64,000 bases of DNA from NCBI RefSeq assembly GCF_009914755.1, contig NC_060926.1; one strand, written 5' to 3'. The DNA comes from the human T2T-CHM13v2.0 reference genome, Homo sapiens. A program made the translations under genes and the position numbers. Numbering within the stretch: the first letter of the stretch is position 1; each line of letters opens with the position of its first letter. Shown in pieces: positions 28,821 to 50,137 of this stretch. The notes under the pieces are model-generated. The model was given only the letters and a program-made list of their open reading frames with translations. It was not told where the DNA came from and did no database searches.

Positions 28821-31800
28821 TTAAACAATGATTATGAATCCCACTAAAACTCTTTGAAAAGGAGGGAATACTTCCAAACTCACTCTACAAGGCCAGCATT
28901 ACCCTAATACCAAAACCAGACAAGGACACAACGAAAAAATAAAACTACAGACCAATATCACTGATGAACATAGATGCAAAAATCCTCAACAAAGTACTAG
29001 CAAGTCAAATTCAACAACACATTAAAAAGAACATTCACCATGATCAAGTGGGATTCATGCTAGGGTTTTAAGGATGGCTCAGCAGACACAAATCAATCAA
29101 TGTGATTCACCACATTAAAAGAAACAAGAACAAAAACTGTATGATTATTTCAATAGATGCCAAACAGCTTTTGGTAAAATTCAACATCCCTTTTTGATAA
29201 AAACACTTATCAAAATGGGTATAAAAAGAATATACCTCAAAGTAGGAAAGGCCATCTATGACAAACCCACATCTAGCATTGTACTTTGAAGACTGGAACA
29301 AGACAAGAATGCCCACTTTCACTGCTATTCAACATAATACTTGAAGTACTGGCCAGAGCAACTAAGCAAGAAAACAAAATAAAGGGCATCCACATTGGAA
29401 AGGAAGAAGTCAAATTAGCCTTGTTTGCAGATTGCCTGATCTTATAAAGACTCCACTGAAAAGCTGTTAGGACACATAAGGGAATTCAGTAAAGTTGCAG
29501 GATGCAAAATCAACATAATTAGTAGCATTTATATACACCAACAGTGGACAATCTGAAAAAGAAGTCGAGAAAGCAATCCCATTTATCATAGCTACAAAAA
29601 ATATGAAATACCTAGGAATCAATCTAACCAAAAGAGGTGAAAGTTCTATAGAAGGAAAATGACAAAACTCTGATGAAAGAAATAGGACACCAAAAAAGGG
29701 AAGATATTCCATGCTCATGGATTGGAAGAATTAATACTGTTAAAATGAAAATACTACCCAAAGCAATTTACAGATTCAATACAATTTGTATCAAAATACC
29801 AATGACATTCTTCACAGATATAAGGGGGAAAAATCCTAAAAATTTATATGAACCCGCAAAAGACCCTGAGTAACCAAAGCAATCTTGAGCAAAATGAACA
29901 AAGCTGGAGGCATCACACTACATGACTTCAAAATTTATGACAAAGCTGTAGTAAACAAAACAGCATGGTACTGGCATAAAAATGGACATAGATACCAATG
30001 GAACAGAGAACCTAGATATAAATGCACCATTTACAACCAACTCATCTTCTGCAAAGGTCCCAAGAACTTACAAAGGGATAGTGGTCAATAAATAGTGCGG
30101 GAAAACTGGATAACTATATGCAGAAGAATGAAACTAGACTCCTATCTCTCACCATACACAAAAATCAAATCAAAATGGATAAAAGATTTGAATCTAAGAC
30201 CCAAAACTATGAAACTATTAGAAGAAAACATTGGGGAAACACTTCAGGAGTGATCTGGGCAAAAATGTCTTGTGTAAGACCTCAAAAGCACAGGCAACCA
30301 AAGCAAAAATAGACAACTAAGATTATTACATCAAGCTAAAAAGCTTCTGCACAGCAACGGAAACAATCAACAAAGTGAAGAGACAACCCATATAATGTGA
30401 GAAAATATTTGCAAACTGTCTCTCTGAGAAAGGATTAATAACCAGCATATATTGGGAGCTTAAACAACTAAGTAGCAAAAAAAAAAAAAGAAAAAAGGGG
30501 AATCATATACTGGTAGAAATGTAAATTAACATAGCCACTATGCAGAACAGCATGGAGGTTCTTCAAAAAACTGAAAATATACCTTCCATATGATCTAGCA
30601 ATTCCATTGCTGAGTATATATCCAAAAAAAAAGGAAATTAGTGTATCAAAGAGCTGTCTGCACTCCCATGTTTATTGCAGCACTATTCACAATAGCCAAC
30701 ATGTGGAATCAACCTAAGCACCCATCAACAGATGTGTGGATAAAGTATGGAAGATATATACACAATGGCGTATTATTCAGTCATAAAAATAAAATCCTGT
30801 TATTTGCAGCAACATGGACAGAACTGAGGCCATTATGTTAAGTGAAATAAACCAAGCACCAAAAGGCAAATATTCTCACTCATATGTGGGAGCTTAAAAA
30901 GTGGATCTCATGAAGATACATTTGTGGTTACCAGAGGCTGGGAAGGGGGAGAGAGGAATGAAAGAGAATTTTCATTATCACTGAACTGTAGACTTAAAAA
31001 TGGGAAAGATATAAGTCATATATGTATCTTTTACCTCAATACATTTTTTTAAAAGGAATATTTCTATTGATTGCAAGGTCACAAGGTGTTCTGTTCTAAA
31101 ATTTTTATTATTTTCCCATTCATGTTTATATATTCAGTCTACTTAAGAATTTTGGGTATGATGGGAGGGAAGGGTCATAATTTTTTTTTTCATGTAGGTA
31201 TCTTACTGACCTTGTATCATTTATTGAAGCAATCATCCTTTTTCCACCCCACTGCAGTGTCATCTGTATTGTAAATCAAGGAGACTGGATATGAATGGGT
31301 CTGTTTCTAAACTCACTATTCTATTATGTGAGTCCTTTTGTCAATACCACACTGTCTTAATTATTAGCTTTATAGTAAGTCTTGCTATTTGATAGTGTGA
31401 ATCTCCATTTTATTTATTTTTATTCTTCAACATTAGCTTGGCTCTTTGCATTTACACTTGAATTTTAGAATCAGCTTGTCAGTTTACACACACACATACA
31501 TAACCTAGAATTTTTGGCCAGGATTATGTGGAATATAGTTCAGTGCAGGGACAACGGACATTTTATAAAATTGACTCTTCCATCTATAAACATGATATAT
31601 CACTCTATTTAGCTATAATATATATTCTCTCCATGTTTTGTAGTTTTTTTGTATTGAGTTATTACATATCTCAGATTTATTTCTATTCATTTCATATAGA
31701 TACTTTTTTAAAATATATTTTTTGAGATAGGGTCTTGCTATGTTGTCCAGGCTAGATTCAAACTCCTACCTCAGCCTCCTGAATAACTGAGATTACAGTT

Positions 31801-32023
31801 GTGTGTCACAGTGCTCAGCTTTATTTTATATTCTTAAATGATATTCTGAATGTTACTGGGTTTTGTTTGTTTGTTTTTTAAGTGAAAGCAAGTTTACTAG
31901 TAAAGTTAAGGAATAAAGAATGGCTACTCCATAAGCAGAGCAGTGGTATGGGCTGTTCAACCAAGCTTACTTGTAGTTATTCCTTGATCATATGCGAAAC
32001 AAGGGGTGGATTATTCATGAGTT

Positions 32024-32086
32024 TTCTAGGAAGGAGGTGGGCAATTCCTGGAACTGAGGTTTTCTCCCCTTTTAGACCATATAAGG
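32024..32086. promoter_or_regulatory. Tandem GAS (STAT) motifs and CArG box in MER41 LTR
   Basis: TTCTAGGAA 32024-32032, TTCCTGGAA 32045-32053, CCATATAAGG 32077-32086. Motif presence only; activity unknown. Confidence 0.6.
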
Positions 32087-35000
32087 TAACTTCCTGACAT
32101 TACCATGGCATTTGTAAATTGTCATGGTGCTGGTGGGAGTGTCTTTTAGCATGCTAATAAATTATAATTAGCATATAATGAGCAGTGAGGTAGACCGGAG
32201 GTCACTTTTGTCACCATCTTGGTTTTGGTGGGTTTTGGCCAGCTTCTTTACTGCAGGCTGTTTTATCAGCAAGGTCTTTGTGACCTGTACCTTTTGCTGA
32301 CTTCCTGTCTCATCCATTGACTAAGAATGCCTTAACATCCTGGGAGTGCAGCCCAGAAGGTCTCAGCCTTATTTTACCCATCCCCTGTTCAAGACGGAGT
32401 TGCTCTGGCTCAAACACCTCTGACACATCCGCACCCCCCCGCCCCCTTTTACAAGGGAACCCTTAATGCTAAGGGTTGTAGAGGGACGAAAATTCATCTT
32501 CTGTAACTTCTTCAGGCTGAATAGGGGTGATAATATTCCTGCCTAACTGTTAGGGTCTCTTGTATTTGGGTAGAGAGGAGCTCAGTCAGAAGGCAACAGT
32601 ATGGTGAGGACCATTCATAACTCTTGAGTTCTGACAAAAGGTGATACCTGGAAGATTAATAAGTGCACCATTTCGGAAAACATTAAGGAAGCCCATACTG
32701 CATTCCTACACAAGGAGTACAATAGCAATATATTCTACAACAGTAAAACAAAATAAGTAAAATTATCCCAAGTAAACTAAATAAGAAGGCTTTCCATGAA
32801 CTGGGCAATTGTTGAAACCAAGCTAATAGGGAGTCACTAACTGATTCCAATATGTGCCCAGAATTAGAATACTGATTGAGATTTCTACATTACCTATCCC
32901 TCTTGTTTCTTTTGAGCAACAGCCAGAGACCACTGATGGGTTCACAGGAATAAGCAGAGTCAGTCTAAATTGCAGAAAAAAACTCAAAAACAACTGATGA
33001 GACTAGAATCCAATAACAGGTGTATCATAGTGCTTGAAACATAATTTTCTTCTCTCTCCAGTATCACATTTTTACTAAAGACAAATCATAATAGAACTGA
33101 TTTGTTTGCAAAAATAAGCTTTAGTCTTACACTTAGCCTGATTATTTGTATAAAGTGCAGCAAGAATAATTTTTTTAAACATAAGCTCTTTTTAAACTGG
33201 CTTTGATGGAACATTGTTCCATAAGGAATCTCAGATGAGACTTTTTTAAAGCCGAGCCCAGCCATGGGTTTGTACCCTCCGATACCTATAACTTGAGTAA
33301 ATTCCTCTCTTCTTGAGGTCCCAAGATAACTTGGGGCTCCTGGGCCTGTCAGAAAATGACATTATTTACTTACCGCAGGTCAAGAAACCTGTACAGGGAT
33401 TGTGTACACAAGGTATGAGGCCAGTTTTCCCAATGGGCCTTTATTGGCTCTCTAAGTCTAATTTGATTGCTTAAAGGAAAGCACACCATTCCAGTCAATG
33501 CCTTGGTAAAATAACCAGTTTTTCCAATTGTGTTCTGTTGCAAAAGAAAACAGATTCTTATTGTACTTATACAAACAACTATATTGCCATCAATTAAGAA
33601 TATTCACAACTAGTTTTCAAATTCTAGAGAAATCAGGTAGAGAGAAACAAACATGCTCCAAATTTTGTTCACAGGAGTATACTGTACTCAATTTTTAAAA
33701 GCTGTAAATAGCTCAAAAGAAAAATTTTGTTGACACTGAAAAACTAAAGATCATCAACGTTTCAAGCAAAAAGCCAAAAAAGATTACTTCAGACTTACAT
33801 TGGTTCAGTCCATGCAGTTAAATACTGTCCTATTTGATATTCATGAACATTTCCACTCTCCATGAGTACTGGAAGTTTTTTCCTCTATTCTAATGTCACA
33901 ATCTCCAAAGTTACTAGAAACTTGCATTCAAGAGCACCTGTCAAAGTCCTATAGCTGATTATAAATTACCTTTTGAAGAGGATTAAAACAAGACAATTGT
34001 CTGTAGGTGACAAAAAGTCTTAGTTAGGACAACCATTATTAAAGCCACAATCGACAAGGAAATTTTGGTTTCTTCTATGACACACAACAATTTTACATAA
34101 CAGTTATAATGATTAATAACATACACTAAGCCATATCAGAGTTACAGGAATTTTGCATAATTTTGGAACACATACCAGTAATATTTATATAAGCACAAAG
34201 AAAGGCAAACACTCACATTTGACAGTGCTTCCTGTAAGATTTTTATGCCAAATACGCCAAATTTCACCACTGCATTAGTGCATTATTTATGTCAAACTCA
34301 ATTCTTAATAAAACCTTATACAAAAATGTATTCAATCTTAATCAGTTTGACCTTAAGGTAAGATTCTCAAACCTTTTACAACCCTTTATAAATTTTTTTT
34401 AAAGAGCAGATCAGTGCTCTAAGAAAAACCTGTTATGCTTTTATTCCAATGTTCAATTTATGGAAAGACAGAATAATACCCCTTTAATATGTTCTCACAC
34501 ACAACCTTTTTACAAGATTAATTTTTCACAAACCTCCACAACTTGCTCAAATCTTCAGCTTTATCCTATCTAATTTAAAACAATTCTTTAACCCTCTCAA
34601 CAAGGCAAAAAGATATTCACATTCCCATGACTTTTTATAATCTTTTCCCAAAGATTAGTTAAGTCACATGAACTAAAAGGCATTACACTTTTTACTTTTC
34701 TGACAAAATGTTTTATTTAAGCACTTATTATTTTTAAGCCAGTTAAAGCCCTTTTATATCACACACACCACACACATAAATACACAGACAAACAAAAGAA
34801 GATCCAGTAGTTGTAAGATTTTTCATTTGCTAGTTTTTAAGTTTCTATTTCAAGCATACACTTTCTAGGGCCTAATAAGCAGGCATAGCTGGAAGGCAAA
34901 ATAAATCCCCCCAAATTAAGGGTCCCATTTTTATACCAGATCCTAGATCCCAAAAAATGAGAAATGCTACGGAACAAGACAGTACAATGATTTTACTGTG

Positions 35001-35432
35001 CATTTTTTACAAAGCAACCCAAAGCTAATCAGCCCATTCTGTGATTAGCCCATCCCCCAGGGGAATCTTATTTCTCAGTGGTAGTGGGAGGTAAGGACAT
35101 TTCCATACCTTCCAGGTGGCCAAGAGCATGCTTTTCTGATCCAAACATGCAAACAGCCGAGTATCCCCACCATAACTGCCATTAGCTATCCCCAGAAGCA
35201 TATTTCCTACCAAATTATTACACCCCAATGTTCTCTCATAATGCAAAGAATTTCTGATACCCCTGAAAGTCAAAAATATCAGATAACACAATGTGAAACA
35301 GAATAGAGCCTTAGATTTTGAGGGAGATCTATCAACTTTCAATTCCTGGGGTTTCATGAGGTAAATAGGTTTTTCCCAAAACAGGGTCTGTGGTGCCTCC
35401 TCTGTTTTCCCCAAGGAGTCTCAGGCTGTTAG

Positions 35433-35751
<319 letters not shown>

Positions 35752-36306
35752 GAATATCCGCTTTTAATTATCTACTGACTTTTAGTCATAGTGCTCTTTT
35801 AAAAAGTCCTTTTAAATCTCATTACCTGATTTTAGCCAGGCCAAACAGCCAATATTTCTCGCTTTTGAATTTTACCAAAGGTAACCTCCCAGGTGAAACC
35901 AATAAGCCTAAAGTTATGACTTAACCATAAGTTAATCATATGTACATGATATTTTCAAGGAGGTGGTAAGCAATTTTTATAAGATCTAGAATCTCCAAAG
36001 GTAGCTCAGAGAAAGGAAGATTCACGAAGGGAAGCCAGAAGTCATACATGGAGGGGAAGAGAATCAACAAATGATAAAGATCACACAGATATCAACCAGA
36101 AAGTACTCATTCCCTAAGCTGGGTATTGAACCCAAGCTGCCATAGTGAAAAGACAAAGCCTTCGCCAGTAAGCTACAGCATTGGGCAGTTTCCATTACCC
36201 TTCCCAGAAGGACCTTACAGCAGCCAATTTTGAGCTTGCAAAGGCTTTTAACTGCTCAAAACAATTTTTAGAGCTAACTATGATATCAACCCCAAAACTC
36301 CTGGCC

Positions 36307-36342
<36 letters not shown>

Positions 36343-36366
36343 CAGAGAGAGGGAGAGAGAGAGAGA
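36307..36366. repeat. (GA)n / (GAGACA)n simple repeat
   Basis: Direct reading. Confidence 0.9.
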
Positions 36367-37266
36367 TTGCCTGTGGCAAAGTGGGGCAGGCAAAGAGTTC
36401 AGGGAAGCCAGAGAAAGACCCACTCATTGCAATGACACTGAATCAAAAGTTCAGGTGGCCATTTGTCAGTTGTGAAAGGATCTTTTCCAGCAGTCCTGTC
36501 AGCTCTCAGGTTTCCCCCTTTAGGGGAGGAAAAAGCTCCCCATGTCCCATGAACATGTATGTGCCTAATCCTGTCACCCACAGCCATCTGCAAACAGTGG
36601 AAGGCAAATTAATCCAAAGAGAAGAGTGGTTAATGTCCCATAATGCCAAATTTGTTCGTAGCCAAGAGGGACTTTACTGATGGGGGCCTCTAATCCCCTA
36701 CATCTCAGAAGGGACTCTAACCCTCATAAGTTGGGCCTCAAACTGAAGTTTGGTGAAGCATCCTTGCCTTTTATTAAGAGGGGCCTTTAATCCACTCTGT
36801 CTTAGGAGAGACTAACTCCCCTAAGTTGGGCCTCTAACCCAATCCCATCCTTTACCTGGGCACCCCACCACTTACCCAAAGTTGGCCAATTGGTGCTGCA
36901 GTCTATTTCCTTTGGGTCAGGGGTCTCTTCAGTATCATCCCTTCATGGTTTGCCAAGAAGATGTTATTGGAAAGCGTCCTGATCCAGACCCCAAGAGAGG
37001 GTTCTTGGATCTCACACAAGAAAGAATTCAAGGCAAATCCTTAAAGTAAAAGCAAGTTTATTAGGAAAGTAAAGGAATAAGAAATGGCTACTCCATAGGC
37101 AGAGAAGCTCTGCTTTTTAAATTTAATTTTCTTCTTGATGTTAATATATAGCAATATGATTTTTGGATATTGACCTTGTTTCCAGTGACCTTGCTATTCT
37201 AATAGTTTGTGAATAAAATTTTACTATTTGTGAATAAGGGCAGTTTTATTCCCCCTAACCTCCTAA

Positions 37267-37658
<392 letters not shown>

Positions 37659-38291
37659 TAAATATTGAATAAAAGAAGTAAGAACAGGCATTCATATTGT
37701 ATTCCCATTATTAAATATTGTATTCCTGTTATTAAATATGATGTCTGCTCTTGGGTTTTTGTAGATTCTCTTAATCAGATTATGAAAGTTTCTTTGTACT
37801 TTCAGTTTGCTGAGAGTTTTTCATGAATAACTACTGAATTTTATCAAACGCTTTTTCTGTCACTATTGAGTAGATACTAATTTTTTCTTTTTTCTATTAA
37901 TGTTATGAATTTTTAAATATTTTTTATTCATATAATGAATTATAAGGATTTTTGAATGTTAAACCACAATTGCATTTCTACAATGAACTGCTCCTGATGA
38001 AGTATCCTTTTGATATGCCACAAAATTGTAATTGCTAATTTTAAAAAAATATTTTTGCATCATTTTACATCATTGTATGTTGATGAAAATGATGTATAAT
38101 TTTTGTTTCTTGTAATAGATTTTGTCAGGTTTTTGTATTTATAGTATGCTGGTCACTGTAAATGAATTAAGTGCACCTCTTTTTCTGTTTTATGGCAGCA
38201 TTTGTGTAGGATTTTTTTTTTTTTTTTAATGTTTAGAAGTTATCTGGGCCTGCTTGCAGTTTTCTTGTGGAAAAGGTTTTGGTAACATCTC

Positions 38292-38604
<313 letters not shown>

Positions 38605-40536
38605 TAATAGGTATAAGAATATTCAGATTTCTTATTTCTTCTTATGTTAGGTTTGTAAAATTTTTTTTAAAGAATTTGACCATTTCATCTAAAATTACTG
38701 GCATAAAATTGTCCATAATATTATCAAGTTATGTGCTTAATGTGTTTTGGGTATGTAGTGAGGTTCTCTTCTTCTTTCTCAGTATTGTTATTTGTGTTTC
38801 ATCACTTTTTTTCTTAGTCTTGCTCTAGAGGTCTGTCAATTTTATTCATCTTTGTGAAGGTCTCATTTGGAGCTATGTTGTTGTTTTAGTATATTTGTTT
38901 TCTATTTCATTGATTCTGCTCTTTATTGTTTCTTTCTGTTTTGCTTTTCTTTTCATTATTATTATTACTCTTATTAGTTGCTTCTTGGGGTAGTTTAGAT
39001 TATCAATTTTCAGCCTCTCTTTTAAAAAAATAAGCATTTAAGGTTATTTTCCTATAATCACTGCTTTAGCTGTGTTCCACAATTTTTATTTGTTTATTTT
39101 GTGATGAGTTCTCGTTGCCCAAGCTGGACTTGATTTCCTAGGTTCAAATGATCCTCCTGCTTTAGCCTCCTGAGTAGCTGGGACTACAGGCATACATCAT
39201 CAGTCTTCTAGATTCACGGTTTTTGATATACCATATCATTATTTAGTTCAAGATTTTTTTTCCTGATTTTTTATTTGACCCTGTGGATCACTTACAAGTA
39301 TATTGTTTAATTTCTAAGCTGATGGGTATTTTTATTTTTACTTTTTGTTGTTGATGTCTAGCTTAATTCTGCTATAATTAGGGACTATAGTTAAAATGAA
39401 TTTCGATTTTTGAAGTATATTGGGAATTTCATTAGGACAAAGCTTGATCTAATTTGGTAATTATTTGGGGTGCACATGAAAAAAATGTGTATTTTGCAAT
39501 GGTTGAACGCAGTATTTTTATGTATGGCAGCTGTGTCTAGTTTGTTAATTATAGTCTTCCATATCCTTCCTGCTTCTGTTGTCTGTTTATTCTGTCAGTT
39601 ATTGAGAGAAGTTTATTAAAGTCTACCATTATGATTATGAATTCATCTGTTTCTCCTTTTAGTTTTGTCAATTTTTGCTATATGTATTTTAAAGCTGTTA
39701 TTAGGTACTCATACATTTAGGACTGATTTGTTTTTCTGATTTCTAGCAATGGTTCCTGCTTTGAAGTCTACTTTGTTTGTTATAATATTTCCATGATATA
39801 TCTTTTTCTATACCCTTACTTTCAAATTCTATTATATTTAAAATGCTATATAAGTGAATCAGGTGTCATTTTATCATCTTCAGGTATCTATCTTTTTCTG
39901 TTGAAAAGTTAGCACCTTTCTTGCAAGCTGAAGAAGTTCCCTTTTTTCTGGTTTTCTGAGTTTTTATAATGATTTGTATTGAATTTTGTCAAATGATTTT
40001 TTTGCATTTCTAGAGAGAATCATTATTTTTTTCTTTGTTCTATTAATACAGTGACTTCAGTGGATTTTCTAATGCAAACTTTGCGTTCCTAAAAAAAAAT
40101 TCCACTTCGTTATGATGTATTATTCTTTCTATATATTGCTGGGTTTGATTTGCTAATATTTTCTTTAAAATTCTTGTGCTATGTTCATAAGGGATATTGG
40201 TCTTTAATTTTCTTACAAAAACCATTGATGGGTTTTGACAAGGGTTATGCTGGCCTCATGGGATGAGAAGCATTTGTCTTCCTCAATTTTTGAAAGAGTT
40301 TGTACAATTGGTAGTTTTTCATTAATGTTTAATAGAATTCACAAGAGAAGTAATTTGGGCCTGGAGTTTTTAATTATGAATTTAATTTTTAAAATAGATA
40401 TGGGGCTTTTCAAGTTTTTGGTTTCTTTTCAAGTCAATATAGAAAACGTTTGTCTTTCAAGAAAATCACACATCTCATCTAGTCAGTAAAGTTTATTGGT
40501 GTAAAGTTACTTATACTATGCTTTTCTTATTCTTTT

Positions 40537-46700
<6,164 letters not shown>

Positions 46701-46914
46701 TCTTATTCTTTTAATGCCTGTAGCATCTGTAGTGAGAACCTTTCTTTCCTGATTTTTGTAATTTGTATGTTTAATCAAACTAGCTAGAGGTGTGTCAGTT
46801 TTATTGTTCATTTAACAAACTCAGCTTTTGGCTTCATTGATTTTATTTTTCTCAATTTTATGTTTTATATTTCATTGGTGTCTATTTTTAAATTATTTCC
46901 TTTCTTGTATTTAC

Positions 46915-47745
46915 TTTTAAAAACATAGAGATATATAATTCACTTAACATAAAATTTCTTATCACATGAAATTCACCCTTTTAAAGTATACAGTGCAGTG
47001 GTTTTAGTATATTCACAAAGCTTTGAATCTTCACCCTGTTCATTTCTAAAATATTTCAATCTCTAAAAGGGAATCTCATATCTATAAGCAGTCTCCATTC
47101 TCCACCCCCCTAGCCCCTAACAACTGCTAATCTACTTTCTGTCTAAATGGATTTGGCCATTTTGGATATTTCATATGAATGGAATCATAAAATATGTGGC
47201 CTTTTGTGTCTGGCTTTTTTCACTTAGCATATTGTTTTCAAGGTTCATTCATGTTGTAGCACATATGAGCATTTCATTACTTTTTATGGAGAGACAATAA
47301 TTCTGTTGTATGGATATACCATGTTTTGTTTATCCATTCATCAATCAATGGACATTTGTATTGTTTCCACTTTTTGGCTATTATGAATAATGCTGCAATA
47401 AACATTCATGTACAAATTTTTGTGTGGACATACATTTTCAGTTCTCTTGAATATATGCCTAGCAGTGGAATTGCTGGGTCATCTGGTAACTCCGTGTTTA
47501 ACTTTTGGAGAAACTGCCAAATTGTTTTTCCAAGCTTCTGCACCATTTTACATTCCCGCCAGCACAGTATTTTGACACTGATTTCTCCATCTCCTCACCA
47601 ACACTTGTTAATAATTATCTATTCTTGTGAGTATAGCCATCTAGGAGTATGAAGTAGTATTGCATCATGGTTTTTATTTGTAGTTCCCTATTAATTAATG
47701 ATGTCAAGTATATTTTTATGTACTTATTGGCCATTTGCGTATCAA
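46915..47745 (-). mobile_element. L1MB-type 3' end fragment
   Basis: aaattcacccttttaaagtatacag...ctaatctactttctgtct...atggaatcataaaatatgtggcc L1M 3' UTR motifs. Confidence 0.75.
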
Positions 47746-49134
47746 GATCATTCTCTTTTGATTATCTTTTCCATGTGAGTTTAAATCATGTTTTTCTATT
47801 GCTTCATATATTGGATAATATTAGATTGCACCTGGGTATTGTGTATCCCTTGTTGGAGAAAATGTAGATTCAGTTATGCTCACCCAAAGAGTTTTGATGT
47901 TTCAATTTTAATAGGCACTAACCTTGTCTGAACCCAAAATAAGCAACATCTGAAATCTCATTTTAGTTGTTTTATCCTTAGATAGCTGCTTCGAATCTTC
48001 CTCATATATATGGGATTCAGAGGTCAGCTAGATATTTGGGGAGCATTTATACACAAAATTTGGGGCTCTCCTCTTTACCTCTCTTATCTGACATTTCCCC
48101 CCATCACTTCACAGCTGTTATAGTTGCCCTGAATTCTAACCTTGAACCAATAAGACTGTAGGTTTCCAACTTTTTTTGAATGTGGCACCAGCTGAGGCTG
48201 TAAAACAATGGGAAACTCACTCTTCTTCCAAGTGTTGGCACCCCCTTCGCTAGCTCTCTACTTGCTTTTTGTCCATTCACTGACTTCTAGTAGTTGTTTT
48301 TTAAAATATTTTGTCCAGAATTTATAGTCATTATGTTAGGTAGGGTTGGTCTGATAGTAACTTTTAGCCATTACCAGAAGCAGAACCTCTCCGTTCTATA
48401 CCTCAAGTGGTATAGAAATTTCCTCCCAACAGCTATTCTACTGGTAGTTGCCTTTAAATTTCTCATAAATATTTATCAGAAATATTTTATTTTTCTTATT
48501 ATAAATTATTTTAAAATATCTGTGATTTCCTTGGAATACAAGACAGCTCTTTACTGTTTGTGGACGATATTACTCTTCATTCTTTGAATTCAAATATGTC
48601 AGTGTATCAAATTATTTCTGTGGGTTTCTGTCAGTTTTCTTCCCATAGATTTAATTACTCTAGGAATAATGATTTTAGTGTACTTGGATGCCTTTTGGAA
48701 ACATAGCAAACTTATTTCACACATAATTTTATAAACAATTACATTTGCTAGAAACCAAAGGAAGATTTTTGGGTATTACATAGAATTAAAATTTTATGAA
48801 AAGTATAAATATTATACATGGCTGTTTGTAAGTACATTTGAACTTTTTTCATTTGCTTAATAGTAGTCTTCTAATAGCACAAGAAGTAAATATATAAATT
48901 ATCTTCTTTTGGGGCCACTGTGACTAAGGGGTTAAGAAGCATTCATGTTTCCTTCCAAGTTCTGTTCTAGTAGGAACTACTCATTTCCTACCTTTAAGTG
49001 TCTTCATTGAACTTGAAAAAGTACCAGGTGGATTTGTGGTTCGATCTTAAATAGAATATAGAAATAACTGCCCATGCATTTAAAGAAAATTTATAAAACA
49101 CATAATTTCTCATTTCCTTCCCACTTGCCTTTAG

Positions 49135-49364
49135 GGTTCCATTAACTTCAAATGATGATGAAGATGAAGATAAAGAGAAAATGCAGTGTGACAACAATAT
49201 TAAATCAAAGACATTACCTGATATTCCCTCTTCAGGATCAACAACACAACCTTTATCAACTCAGGATAATTCGGAAGTGTTATTTCTTAAAGAAAATAAT
49301 CAAAATGTATATGGTTTAGATGATTCAGAACATATTTCTTCTATAGTTGATGTACCTCCCAGAG
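49135..49364 (+). CDS. SGO2: SGO2 exon 6 (aa 158-235)
   Basis: cctttag| (R)VPLTSNDDEDEDKEKMQCDNN...VDVPPR G|GTGAGA. 230 nt. Confidence 0.96.
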
Positions 49365-49949
49365 GTGAGATTGTTTTAAAAATTCATTTTGAGTATTTGT
49401 ATTAGTTACATTCATCAGATGTTCTTCCTGAGGGCAATTATGTATAACAGTTAATAAGTTAGCTCTCTTATGTTACCGATTTGCTAACTTCTGCCATTTA
49501 AAACTGCTGGTGATAGATTTAATTTTAAAGTAAATATGCTGACAAACATCACACCCACAGTGGCCTAATACTGTTACTCTGGAAGAAATATTTAGAAATA
49601 AATGGACCTAATGAGCTTTTCTCAATATCTTAGCTTATGATTTGAAAGATACCATATATTTACTTAGTTTTACCCTCTTTTTTTGTAGATATGAAAATTG
49701 GGGGCCTAGATAGGTATAGAGACTCTTTGAAGATCATCACCAGTTAATTAATGGTAAAGCAAAAACTTGAGTCTGGGTAATGGTTGAGCAAGAAAAAAGA
49801 TGGCATTTACATTTTATTTACATAGTATTCCTAAATGATAATCTGTGGTGTAGTCTGGTGCTTACAGATTTGCCATAGATTTTCAGACTGGGATATGGAA
49901 CTATAACAATTTTGAATTTAGAGCTTAGAATTGTTTTTCCTTTCTGAAA

Positions 49950-49950
<1 letters not shown>

Positions 49951-49984
<34 letters not shown>

Positions 49985-50137
49985 CATATGTATATGTATA
50001 TAATATATACACACACACATATATACACACATATATATGGTATACATATAATGTATACAGTATACATATATACATGTGTGTATATATTTACACACATACA
50101 AACATATATTAATATATGTATATATAATTTATATAAA
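49951..50137. repeat. (TG)n followed by (TA/CA)-rich compound microsatellite
   Basis: Direct reading. Confidence 0.9.
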
